Below, in pieces: positions 1 through 7,877 of a stretch of DNA of 38,576 nucleotides. Made by a program: the position numbers and the translations under genes. Below the pieces are notes generated by a model, which saw only the letters and a program-made list of their open reading frames with translations, had not been told where the DNA came from and did no database searches. The DNA lies in IMG/VR virus record IMGVR_UViG_3300031802_000004, positions 1-38,576 of that record. One strand, given 5' to 3'. The stretch is from a virus. Lineage: Duplodnaviria > Caudoviricetes. Positions within the stretch are counted from its first letter, which is position 1. Each line of letters begins with the position of its first letter.

Positions 1-235
1 ATCCTTGTTTATAGTCAAAATTAAATTTCCTATATATAGGTATTAATTTATATAACATGTAACCATATAAATTTGAATCTATATCATTTAAAGGCAACGA
101 ACGCATACCGGGAAACACACTGTTTATTTTAGAATCATATGGATGTTCTTTACAGTCATAATATTTTGCTGTAGTTGCCCATTCGATGATACTATCGGGA
201 TCATCTAAAAAGTTATCTTCTATATATAAATTCAT
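1..235 (-). CDS. 2OG-Fe(II) oxygenase-like protein, runs off the window edge; tandem paralog of 232..762
   Basis: Not in ORF track. Hand translation from ATG at 235 gives MNLYIEDNFLDDPDSIIEW...FPGMRS...LYGYMLYKLIPIY, matching IIKDDFLDDP...FPGLRT...LFGYILYKIAPLY of the neighbour. ATGA overlap with the neighbour's stop. Confidence 0.75.
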   Translation of the reverse strand, partial: MNLYIEDNFLDDPDSIIEWATTAKYYDCKEHPYDSKINSVFPGMRSLPLNDIDSNLYGYMLYKLIPIYRKFNFDYKQG

Positions 236-762
236 ATATTTTTATTAAAGATAAACATATTCATTGTTAACCTACACTCGTTCCACGTGTCACCCCATGC
301 ACCGTTTTGTTGATGTGTTTGACTACCATCATACATTATAAGTCTATTAAATTTATTTTCAATATTTGTAATATCGATACGTGTTCCGGTCATTACGGGA
401 TCAATTGGTTCTGGATTTAAATATAATATTCCAGCAATGCAATGTTCTCCGTCATTATGTTCCCATGTATGTGTATCTTTTTTTATTTTATTAAAAGAAA
501 AAGTATACTTTGCATTTATATTATCTAATCCAAATTCATGTTTATATAATGGTGCTATTTTATATAATATATATCCAAATAATACTTGATCTATATTATG
601 TATATGATCGGTTCTTAATCCGGGAAAGCCACTAGTTGTAGGATCGTCCGATAAGTTTGGATGAGTGTGTTTACTATAAAAGTCAAAAGTACTTACTCGA
701 TCGAGTATCATATATGGATCATCTAAAAAATCATCTTTTATAATAAGTTTATTTTGGTTCAT
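232..762 (-). CDS. 2OG-Fe(II) oxygenase superfamily protein
   Basis: HxD (HND), AGILYLN, NRLIMYD, distal H and RLTMNMF motifs. Confidence 0.8.
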   Translation of the reverse strand: MNQNKLIIKDDFLDDPYMILDRVSTFDFYSKHTHPNLSDDPTTSGFPGLRTDHIHNIDQVLFGYILYKIAPLYKHEFGLDNINAKYTFSFNKIKKDTHTWEHNDGEHCIAGILYLNPEPIDPVMTGTRIDITNIENKFNRLIMYDGSQTHQQNGAWGDTWNECRLTMNMFIFNKNI

Positions 763-1282
763 TGTTTGGTTTTAATATGCCTATTAAATGTCTACCGAGG
801 AAAGAAGGCCGTTGATCCCACTCTGCCTGTACATTTTTTGTGATTTTTTCTGTTAAAGAAAAGCCTTGGTCCTTAAAGGAAAGTTCTCTTCCTCTAAATC
901 TAACTGTTATTTTAACTTTATTACCTGCGTCTAAAAATTTTTGTATTTTACTTAGTTTAATATTAAAGTCGTGTTCTTCAATTTGTGGCTTAAACACCAT
1001 TTCTTTTAATAGTACTCTTGTTTCACGAGATTTTTTAACATTTTCTTTATGCTTTTTCTTTTGTGCGTACTTGAGTTTACCTAAATCTATTATTTTACAT
1101 ACAGGAGGATCGGCATTGGGTGAAACACATACCAGATCTAAATTACTATTGGTTGCTTTGTCGCGAGCCTCTTTAGTAGGTATTATACCAAACTGTGCTC
1201 CGTCTGCTCCTATTAGGCGGACATAAGGAACACGAATTTCGTGGTTAGCCAATTGGCGTGACGACTTCTTTTTACTTGTCAT
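749..1282 (-). CDS. infC: translation initiation factor IF-3
   Basis: NHEIRVPYVRLIG, LDLVCVSPNADPPVCKIIDLGK, KVKITVRFRGRE; both domains present. Confidence 0.95.
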   Translation of the reverse strand: MTSKKKSSRQLANHEIRVPYVRLIGADGAQFGIIPTKEARDKATNSNLDLVCVSPNADPPVCKIIDLGKLKYAQKKKHKENVKKSRETRVLLKEMVFKPQIEEHDFNIKLSKIQKFLDAGNKVKITVRFRGRELSFKDQGFSLTEKITKNVQAEWDQRPSFLGRHLIGILKPNNEPK

Positions 1283-2531
1283 TCGTCACTGGTTTTTCTT
1301 CTTTGTCATATACTAATATTGGTTGACCATTATTATCCACTGTATCTCTTGTTACTATAATTTTGTTAATTCCTTTTTCCCGCATTGCAGGAAGATCAAA
1401 TTGTGTTTCTAATAACGCCTTTTCAACAACTGATCTTAAACCTCTTGCTCCTGTTTTATATTGTAAACAATTTTCTACTATTGCATCTAACGAATCAGGA
1501 TTAAATTCTAATTCAATACCATCTAATTTGAATAGATACTTAAACTGTAGTATAACACTATTTTTAGTTTCGGTCAATACTTGTAATAGTTGTTCTTTAT
1601 TTAATTCATGTAAGCCAACATGTATGGATAACCGCCCAATTAATTCAGGTATTAAACCAAACTTCATTAAATCATCTGGCATAAGTTGCGTTATTAATTC
1701 ATTTTTAGCAATATCAGATGTATTAATATCACTTCCGAATCCTATATTAGTATTAGGTGAAACCCGTTTTTTAATTATTTTTTCTATATCAATGAATGCG
1801 CCGCCCACTATAAACAATATATTAGTTGTATCTATTTCTGTTGCGGGTGCTTGTGGATGTTTTCTACCCGGGGATTGTCGTAAGTCTTGTGGTAAACGTA
1901 CTACAGTTCCTTCTATTAGTTTTAATAATGCTTGCTGTACACCTTCACCTGATACATCTCGTGTTATAGATGTGTTTTCACTCTTTCTACTTTTCTTATC
2001 TATCTCATCTATGTACACTATTCCGTGTTTTGCCGCTTCTATATCGCCGTCTGCTGACTGCAATAAACGTACAATAACATTTTCCACGTCGTCGCCTACG
2101 TAACCTGCTTCTGTTAATGTTGTTGCATCTGCTATTGCAAAAGGTACTTCTAAATATTTAGAAATAGTTTTTGCTAATAATGTCTTACCGCAACCGCTAG
2201 GTCCTAGTAATAGTATATTACTTTTCTCTAATTCAATTTCTGCAGAAGGATTTTTAATTCGTTTGTAATGATTATATATGGCTACGCCCAAAACTCTTTT
2301 AGCAGTGTCTTGACCTATTATATAGCAGTCTAAAAATTCTTTTAATTCACTTGGTATAACAGATTCTAATTCCTTTAAAGGTTTTTTAATTTCTTCTTTT
2401 ATTATGTCATGGCATAAGTTAATACATTCGTCACATATATAAACACCTGCACCGGCCACAAGTTTAACAACTTCTGTTCGTTTCTTACTACAAAAATTAC
2501 ATTCTAATTCTGAACCGTCTTCTTCAGCCAT
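1272..2531 (-). CDS. clpX: ATP-dependent Clp protease ATP-binding subunit ClpX
   Basis: C4 zinc domain (CNFC..CDEC), Walker A GPSGCGKT, GYVG pore loop, Walker B YIDEIDK, RDVSGEGVQQALL, RKH, IGF loop, GARGLR. Confidence 0.97.
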   Translation of the reverse strand: MAEEDGSELECNFCSKKRTEVVKLVAGAGVYICDECINLCHDIIKEEIKKPLKELESVIPSELKEFLDCYIIGQDTAKRVLGVAIYNHYKRIKNPSAEIELEKSNILLLGPSGCGKTLLAKTISKYLEVPFAIADATTLTEAGYVGDDVENVIVRLLQSADGDIEAAKHGIVYIDEIDKKSRKSENTSITRDVSGEGVQQALLKLIEGTVVRLPQDLRQSPGRKHPQAPATEIDTTNILFIVGGAFIDIEKIIKKRVSPNTNIGFGSDINTSDIAKNELITQLMPDDLMKFGLIPELIGRLSIHVGLHELNKEQLLQVLTETKNSVILQFKYLFKLDGIELEFNPDSLDAIVENCLQYKTGARGLRSVVEKALLETQFDLPAMREKGINKIIVTRDTVDNNGQPILVYDKEEKPVTNDK

Positions 2532-2946
2532 GTTTTGATTCCAGATCTAATGCTACTTTAAAAGTCGGTAAATCTTCTATAATAACAGTTTTACCTATAG
2601 TATTTAATATTTTTTGTATACTTATATTTTTTTTCTGATCACTATAAAACCATACATTTTCTTGTTTGCTTAAAGAAGCTGCAAATGTTAATTCCAAATT
2701 ATTAATTACATCTAAATTTGCTATAATTAAATCTGCATGATATATATTAGCAATAACCCATGGTATATCTGTATCGGATATAGGTTCTGGAGTAAAATAA
2801 TGTGTTATACTAGATGAACTATATACTTCATCTATTAGACCCTGTGCTTGTTGTCTCCATTCCGGTGACCCTCCTAAGAAATAAAATCTTAAACCTTGCA
2901 CCGGTAAATGTAAATCAGGTGGCGTTACATAGATTGTTTCACCCAT
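2524..2946 (-). CDS. hypothetical protein, possible nucleoside 2-deoxyribosyltransferase-like fold
   Basis: FLGGS..WRQ, W....ADLII and LEL pattern loosely resembles the NDT-like family. Confidence 0.45.
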   Translation of the reverse strand: MGETIYVTPPDLHLPVQGLRFYFLGGSPEWRQQAQGLIDEVYSSSSITHYFTPEPISDTDIPWVIANIYHADLIIANLDVINNLELTFAASLSKQENVWFYSDQKKNISIQKILNTIGKTVIIEDLPTFKVALDLESKHG

Positions 2947-3877
2947 TAACAGGTACTCCTAATATATCTTCTAACAATGCAACATTTTTATCTGCCAATG
3001 GTGTTATATCCTTAACTATTTCTTCTGCTTTAACATAATTTTCAAAGAAAATTGCAATTGGTTCAAGGTTAACTTTTTTATATCCACTCATATTTAATAT
3101 ATTATTCTGAACTAAAGTCTCATAACTTATTATAACATCAGGATTCAATAATTGCACTCTATTAATAAAATCTTTGTGCAATTGTATTTCTTGCTGTAGA
3201 TAATCAGCATTTATTAGTCTATTTGCTAATTTAGTTCGATCTATATAATTTTGTTGTTGACCGGATTGAATATTAAAAAGAGTTGGTGTATCTGCTAAAT
3301 TTGAAATTTCAATCCGAAGTTTACTTGCTAAACCAGCAAGTATATTGTTTCTTACTATTACTATAACAGTTGTATTCTTTCTATCTATCCATGTATCATA
3401 TTCGATATGTCCTGGAAAATATTTAAAATGGTAAGGATATATATCCTCGTCTAATAAATTTAATCTATATGATAATTCTATATTATAGAAGTTAGGTACA
3501 AATTTCCTTATTTTTTGCCATGGTTTTAGTCTACGACAAATTTTTTTATTTTTTATATAATACTCATGAAAATAAAAATCATCACTAGGCAATATATGTT
3601 CTAAATAAAATTCATTCATTTTATCATGATCATTATTTGATATCGTTGTATATAACATAGTAAGCCATTTTTGCCATCGCCAGGTGATGCTACCCGTGGC
3701 TGACAATTTTATAGGATGTAAAGATTTTTTCGTCCTTGGTATAAAAGCATCAAAATTATTTAAAAATTCATATGCAATACAATGTTTTTCAAACTCTGGT
3801 ATTTTATTATATATAACGTTACAAAAAGACGTTGTACCAGTTCGTGCTCGTGCAAACACTATAATATTTTTATCCAT
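2939..3877 (-). CDS. sulfotransferase-like P-loop protein
   Basis: N-terminal IIVFARARTGTT (5'-PSB-like), VIVRNNILAGLAS (3'-PB-like), ISYETL. Confidence 0.6.
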   Translation of the reverse strand: MDKNIIVFARARTGTTSFCNVIYNKIPEFEKHCIAYEFLNNFDAFIPRTKKSLHPIKLSATGSITWRWQKWLTMLYTTISNNDHDKMNEFYLEHILPSDDFYFHEYYIKNKKICRRLKPWQKIRKFVPNFYNIELSYRLNLLDEDIYPYHFKYFPGHIEYDTWIDRKNTTVIVIVRNNILAGLASKLRIEISNLADTPTLFNIQSGQQQNYIDRTKLANRLINADYLQQEIQLHKDFINRVQLLNPDVIISYETLVQNNILNMSGYKKVNLEPIAIFFENYVKAEEIVKDITPLADKNVALLEDILGVPVNG

Positions 3878-4256
3878 CTTTTTTCTTCATTGCTGGCATC
3901 CAACTAGTATCTTTCATATCCAAATCAAAGTCCGATAAAGAACCAAACTCATTGACCATCTCATGATATTTTTTCTCTAAATCCTCATTTTCAACACCAG
4001 ATGTTTCTAATTGTTTTTTTAATCCTTGAATTTGTGATTCTAATTGCTTTATTCTTAATTCGTAACTTTGAGTTTTTAAAGGATACATATTGGGCCCTTG
4101 TACTTCAACCACTTTTTCAACTTCTACTATTTTTTCTATAATAACTTCTTTTGGTTTTTTTTCTAATTCATCTAGAGCACTACTTAATAACTTTAATGTT
4201 TCGGCATACTTTTCCCATATATTATCTATGGATTCTTTAGTCCCCATGTCTCTCAT
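3870..4256 (-). CDS. hypothetical coiled-coil protein
   Basis: ORF overlapping both neighbours; shares the WEKYA..LDELEKKPKEV module with 4237..4461. Confidence 0.75.
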   Translation of the reverse strand: MRDMGTKESIDNIWEKYAETLKLLSSALDELEKKPKEVIIEKIVEVEKVVEVQGPNMYPLKTQSYELRIKQLESQIQGLKKQLETSGVENEDLEKKYHEMVNEFGSLSDFDLDMKDTSWMPAMKKKDG

Positions 4257-4461
4257 GTTTGCTTAATTTGTCTTGCACTTTTTTTTCTAAATCAGCAACG
4301 GCCTGTGGTGTAGTTAAATCAACATTTGCTTCTACTTCAACAATTACTTCTACTTCTTTTGGCTTTTTTTCTAATTCGTCTAAAGTATCGTTAAACATCT
4401 CTAAAATTTTAGCATACTTTTCCCATAAAGCATCAATGGCTACTTGTTTTTCATTTATCAT
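4237..4461 (-). CDS. small coiled-coil protein, mosaic of its two neighbours
   Basis: N-half resembles 3870..4256; C-half resembles the C-terminus of 4451..5935. Confidence 0.7.
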   Translation of the reverse strand: MINEKQVAIDALWEKYAKILEMFNDTLDELEKKPKEVEVIVEVEANVDLTTPQAVADLEKKVQDKLSKHERHGD

Positions 4462-5935
4462 CGTTTGATCCTTTTTTCTTTAACTTTTTTTGTAAACGTT
4501 TTTCCAAACTAGCAATAGCTTGTGGTGTAGTTAGATCGACATTTGCTTCTACTTCTTTTTCTACTAGTTTTTCTACTTCTACTGTTATTACTTTTTCTAT
4601 TATTACTGGATCATGATCGGTTAAGTTTTTTTTTTCTGATGTTACTTCGACACGGCCAGTTTCATCTACTTCTACTTTACCGGAACCAATTGGAGGAGTT
4701 TCTAATGGATTACGAGCACGACGATGTCTGCGATTCATGCCTGATGTGGCTGCCAATAACATCATAACAGCAAATGGATCAAATACAAATATAATAACAA
4801 CAATAACCCAACGTACTGCTTCTTCTAATACATTTTTATTTTGTGCTTTATCATCTGTAAATACAAACTCTGCGATATATTTAATTGGTCCAACGTCTGC
4901 TTCATATATACGATATTGTTTTTCGTATACGAACTTGTCTTCTGATAATACATCTATTTCTGTATAAGCCGCTTTAATAAGAGCGGTTTGTGTATCTACT
5001 AATTCATCAATATCGTCTGTATCTGTATATGTAACTGTAGCACGTATTTGTTCTATTGCTTGTGTAGCACTTGCTATTTCTTTCTCTGCTAATGTACGTA
5101 AACGTTTGATTTCCATTCTTGCCGCTTTAACTTCAGGACGGTCTGCATTACGTATTTCTTCTATTATGTTTAATAGTCTAAATTTTTCTGTGTTATTTGT
5201 TGCACTGAAATCACGTATTGCTTGTGAAGTTACTTCTCTTAATATACCGTCTGCATTAACACCAACTAATGCTTGTACTTTCTTTATTTCATCATTTGCA
5301 ATATGCTTTTCTAACTGTGCAATTCTAGCATCAACTATTGCTAATTGTTCTATATATGTTTTTGTTTGTGTTGCAATAAGTCTATCACTACGATTTATTA
5401 TCTCTTGTTGTTCATTGACTTCTGGTTGTCTACGATCATATGCCGAAGTAATTTGTGATTGTAGTTCAGCAATTCTTTCACTAGTGTTAGTGGATGTATC
5501 TACAACTTGATTTTGTGCATTGTTTATTTTGTTGTTTGCACGTTCTATAATATAGGTTTCACGTGCAATTAAGTCTGTTAATCGTACTATTTTTGCACCA
5601 ATTTCTTTACCGCCGGCGGCATGTTCTATATGTGCCTTGGATAGGAACCCAAAAATACCCATAGAAGTTATTAACATTAAGACTACAACAGCGACGGTCA
5701 GATAGTTCTTCATCCACCGTTTAGTATCTGGCAGGCGCCAAGATTGATGAAGCCATACAGCGGCAACCAACTTTCCTACCTCTAACGTTCCGCCCATTAT
5801 TGCAATTGCTATAGGACTAGCACTAAAAATGGCCATAAGGCCAATAATACTATACCATACTGCTACCGAACTAATCGATATTGCACTAAGAAACGTTAGG
5901 CTAATTAACAACATACCTTGGTAACGTACTTTCAT
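4451..5935 (-). CDS. membrane-anchored coiled-coil phage protein
   Basis: Three N-terminal TM segments (LEVGKLV, ITSMGIFGFLSKAH), long coiled coil, GPIKYIAE and a C-terminal TM (IIFVFDP). Confidence 0.8.
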   Translation of the reverse strand: MKVRYQGMLLISLTFLSAISISSVAVWYSIIGLMAIFSASPIAIAIMGGTLEVGKLVAAVWLHQSWRLPDTKRWMKNYLTVAVVVLMLITSMGIFGFLSKAHIEHAAGGKEIGAKIVRLTDLIARETYIIERANNKINNAQNQVVDTSTNTSERIAELQSQITSAYDRRQPEVNEQQEIINRSDRLIATQTKTYIEQLAIVDARIAQLEKHIANDEIKKVQALVGVNADGILREVTSQAIRDFSATNNTEKFRLLNIIEEIRNADRPEVKAARMEIKRLRTLAEKEIASATQAIEQIRATVTYTDTDDIDELVDTQTALIKAAYTEIDVLSEDKFVYEKQYRIYEADVGPIKYIAEFVFTDDKAQNKNVLEEAVRWVIVVIIFVFDPFAVMMLLAATSGMNRRHRRARNPLETPPIGSGKVEVDETGRVEVTSEKKNLTDHDPVIIEKVITVEVEKLVEKEVEANVDLTTPQAIASLEKRLQKKLKKKGSNDDK

Positions 5936-5958
5936 ATTAAATATTTATCTAAAAAGAG

Positions 5959-6035
5959 TGGTTGGTCCGGGTGGACTCGAACCACCGACCCCCGCATTAT
6001 CAGTGCGATGCTCTAACCAACTGAGCTACGGACCA
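5959..6035 (-). tRNA. tRNA-Ile(GAT)
   Basis: TGGTCCG/CGGACCA acceptor, anticodon loop CTGATAA, GGTTCGAGTCC, encoded CCA. Confidence 0.95.
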
Positions 6036-6040
6036 GAGAA

Positions 6041-6116
6041 TGGTAGGTCCTGAGGGATTTGAACCCCTGATTCTTGCGTGACAGGCAAGTGTGATAACCG
6101 CTTCACCAACGGACCG
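6041..6116 (-). tRNA. tRNA-Asp(GTC), atypical or chimeric 3' end
   Basis: Anticodon arm CTTGC-CTGTCAC-GCAAG. Acceptor CGGTCCG/AGGACCT is mismatched at 1:72 and 7:66. T stem AGGGG/CCCTC is mismatched. Discriminator is A. Confidence 0.85.
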
Positions 6117-6118
6117 AC

Positions 6119-6193
6119 TGGTGGGCCCTGGAAGATTCGAACTTCCGACTTCTGCCATGTAAAGACAGCATTCTACCACTGAATTAAGGGCCC
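6119..6193 (-). tRNA. tRNA-Val(TAC)
   Basis: GGGCCCT/AGGGCCC acceptor, loop TTTACAT, encoded CCA. Confidence 0.95.
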
Positions 6194-6702
6194 TAATTTG
6201 TTTTATACTCGCGCAAATATCTATTACGGTTGTGTGCTTTAATAGCCATACCACCTCTACCCTTCATGCCATAAGTATCCGTCTGTGTATGACAATTAGG
6301 ACATAACAATCGAACATTAGATAAGCTATTATTATCACTATTTCCATCTATATGATCTAATTGTAATGTTAGCATTTTTCCATTCCATTCATCGCCACAA
6401 CCACATTCACTACACACTTTTCCATATGACTCTGCTAAGTATTTCTTAATATTCTCAACGCGGCCGCTACCGTTCTCTATACGCAGTTTAGCAGTCTTCC
6501 ATTGATACGCAATAAAACACTTGTTATCACAATATATATTCGCACTTCGTTTTAATATATCCTCTCCGCAATTCTTACATTGCTTAATTGGTGTTTTCTT
6601 TCTGGACACACTATATCTACCTTGTGATTCTCCGTGTGTTCGCTTATGACCATTTAAGGCTCTATAATTAGAAAACTCCTTATTACATTTTTCACATTTC
6701 AT
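6193..6702 (-). CDS. free-standing HNH homing endonuclease with N-terminal zinc fingers
   Basis: C2H2 finger CEKC..H..TH; CSECG..LQLDHIDGNSDNNSLSNVRLLCPNCH; located inside a tRNA cluster. Confidence 0.92.
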   Translation of the reverse strand: MKCEKCNKEFSNYRALNGHKRTHGESQGRYSVSRKKTPIKQCKNCGEDILKRSANIYCDNKCFIAYQWKTAKLRIENGSGRVENIKKYLAESYGKVCSECGCGDEWNGKMLTLQLDHIDGNSDNNSLSNVRLLCPNCHTQTDTYGMKGRGGMAIKAHNRNRYLREYKTN

Positions 6703-6760
6703 TTTAGTTCATTCTCTGACTATATTTATTTATCTATCTACTCGTTATCTGAACTAAAAT
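6701..6760 (-). promoter_or_regulatory. 11-bp hairpin sequestering the HNH start, with a late-type promoter in its loop
   Basis: ATTTTAGTTCA (6701-6711) / TGAACTAAAAT (6750-6760); ATAAATAAATA on the minus strand at 6723-6733. Confidence 0.65.
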
Positions 6761-6761
6761 A

Positions 6762-6836
6762 TGGTGGAGCTGACAGGGGTCGAACCTGCGACATCCACCG
6801 TGCAAGGGTGGCGCTCTCCCGCTGAGCTAAGGACCT
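6762..6836 (-). tRNA. tRNA-Ala(TGC), atypical or chimeric 5' end
   Basis: Good D, anticodon (CCACC-CTTGCAC-GGTGG) and T arms and 3' CAGCTCCACCA, but the 5' strand AGGTCCT mismatches at 4 of 7 positions. Confidence 0.85.
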
Positions 6837-6853
6837 ATATATAGTAATTTTCA

Positions 6854-7150
6854 TTATAACACAAAGTTTATAATAAAACTACCACCGGATTTTTCTAGAA
6901 GACAACTTTTTAATTTAGGATTAGTAGAAACCCAATCCTCAAATTCTTCGCACATTTTTCCTTTACCGGTTATAACTCGTGCTTTTTTATACTGTAATCC
7001 GGAGCATGTATCTACAAATTCTTTAAATGTTTCCCACGCATTATGTATAGGAATACCGTGCAAATCTAATTCCGATGTCTCTTTTTCTTCGCGTACTTCT
7101 TCCCAGTATTGACGTTGTGCTTTAGAAAACCTAATCATTTGATCTATCAT
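6854..7150 (-). CDS. Smr/MutS2-domain endonuclease
   Basis: LDLHG (DxH), VITGKG (GxG), C-terminal GGSFII. Confidence 0.88.
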   Translation of the reverse strand: MIDQMIRFSKAQRQYWEEVREEKETSELDLHGIPIHNAWETFKEFVDTCSGLQYKKARVITGKGKMCEEFEDWVSTNPKLKSCLLEKSGGSFIINFVL

Positions 7151-7152
7151 GT

Positions 7153-7494
7153 CTAATATTTTTCTGCATGACCTTCTGATACTAATTTTTCATTAATATT
7201 TGTTTCGTTACCAGCGTCATCTACTACATATACAATACCTAGTATACGACCAAACTTTCCACGTTTGTTTAATATTGTTTCTATTACAAATTTGGTACCG
7301 ACCAATTCTATTAATCTGGTTTTAATTGCTAATCCTTTCGCACGGATAGCATCATCTTTATTTTTTGGATCAGGACATTTAATACCGAAAAGGCGTATTC
7401 GTTGTTTAACAAAAACACCAAATCCTAGATCTATATTAGCATCTATCGTACTGCCGTCTATAACCCTAATTAATTTAGCATTATACTTATACAT
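7153..7494 (-). CDS. thermonuclease (SNase)-like protein, possibly catalytically degenerate
   Basis: RVIDGSTID..IDLGF..RIRLFGI..GKFGRILG..NINEKLVSEGHA; start placed at the ATG at 7494 behind a late promoter. Confidence 0.8.
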   Translation of the reverse strand: MYKYNAKLIRVIDGSTIDANIDLGFGVFVKQRIRLFGIKCPDPKNKDDAIRAKGLAIKTRLIELVGTKFVIETILNKRGKFGRILGIVYVVDDAGNETNINEKLVSEGHAEKY

Positions 7495-7520
7495 AACTAT
7501 ATTTATTTGATATTCTATCA

Positions 7521-7550
7521 AACTAAAAGACGCCGAAGCGTCTTTTAGTT
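7521..7550 (-). terminator. intrinsic terminator, possibly bidirectional
   Basis: AACTAAAAGACGC-TTCG-GCGTCTTTTAGTT, a perfect 13-bp stem with a cUUCGg loop. Confidence 0.85.
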
Positions 7551-7572
7551 GTTTCGCGCAGAATTAATCTAC

Positions 7573-7827
7573 TTATTCTGGGCAAGCAAAGGTTATATAA
7601 CTTCCATGATCTTGTTTATCGGTTATAAGTTCTGCAAAAATACCAGCCTCATGAATAGCCTTTTTTGAATTTTCTATAAACTGTTTATCACGTGATAAAT
7701 TTACAGGGTACTCTCTATCATAACCATATGGTATTACTGTTATTGCACCGGGTTTTACTTCTATTATACAGTTCCACTTCTTTTTCATGTTATCAGATAT
7801 GTCTGATTCGAATTTGCTAGTAATCAT
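7573..7827 (-). CDS. hypothetical protein
   Basis: ORF between a sigma70-type promoter with AAGGA SD and a terminator. Confidence 0.7.
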   Translation of the reverse strand: MITSKFESDISDNMKKKWNCIIEVKPGAITVIPYGYDREYPVNLSRDKQFIENSKKAIHEAGIFAELITDKQDHGSYITFACPE

Positions 7828-7848
7828 AACTCATTTCCTTATAGTAGT

Positions 7849-7877
7849 AGTATACTATAAGAAAATATAAAAGTCAA
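7849..7877 (-). promoter_or_regulatory. sigma70-type promoter
   Basis: TTGACT-17 nt-TATACT. Confidence 0.7.

Noticed and set aside
6000-6254. 84-aa minus-strand ORF
   Set aside because: It runs through three tRNA genes and the end of the HNH gene.
6041-6836. Reciprocal acceptor-strand swapping or splicing between tRNA-Ala and tRNA-Asp
   Set aside because: The pairing is one-way (Asp 5' strand does not match Ala 3' strand), the Asp T stem stays mismatched, and no intron core is visible. A recombination scar is simpler.
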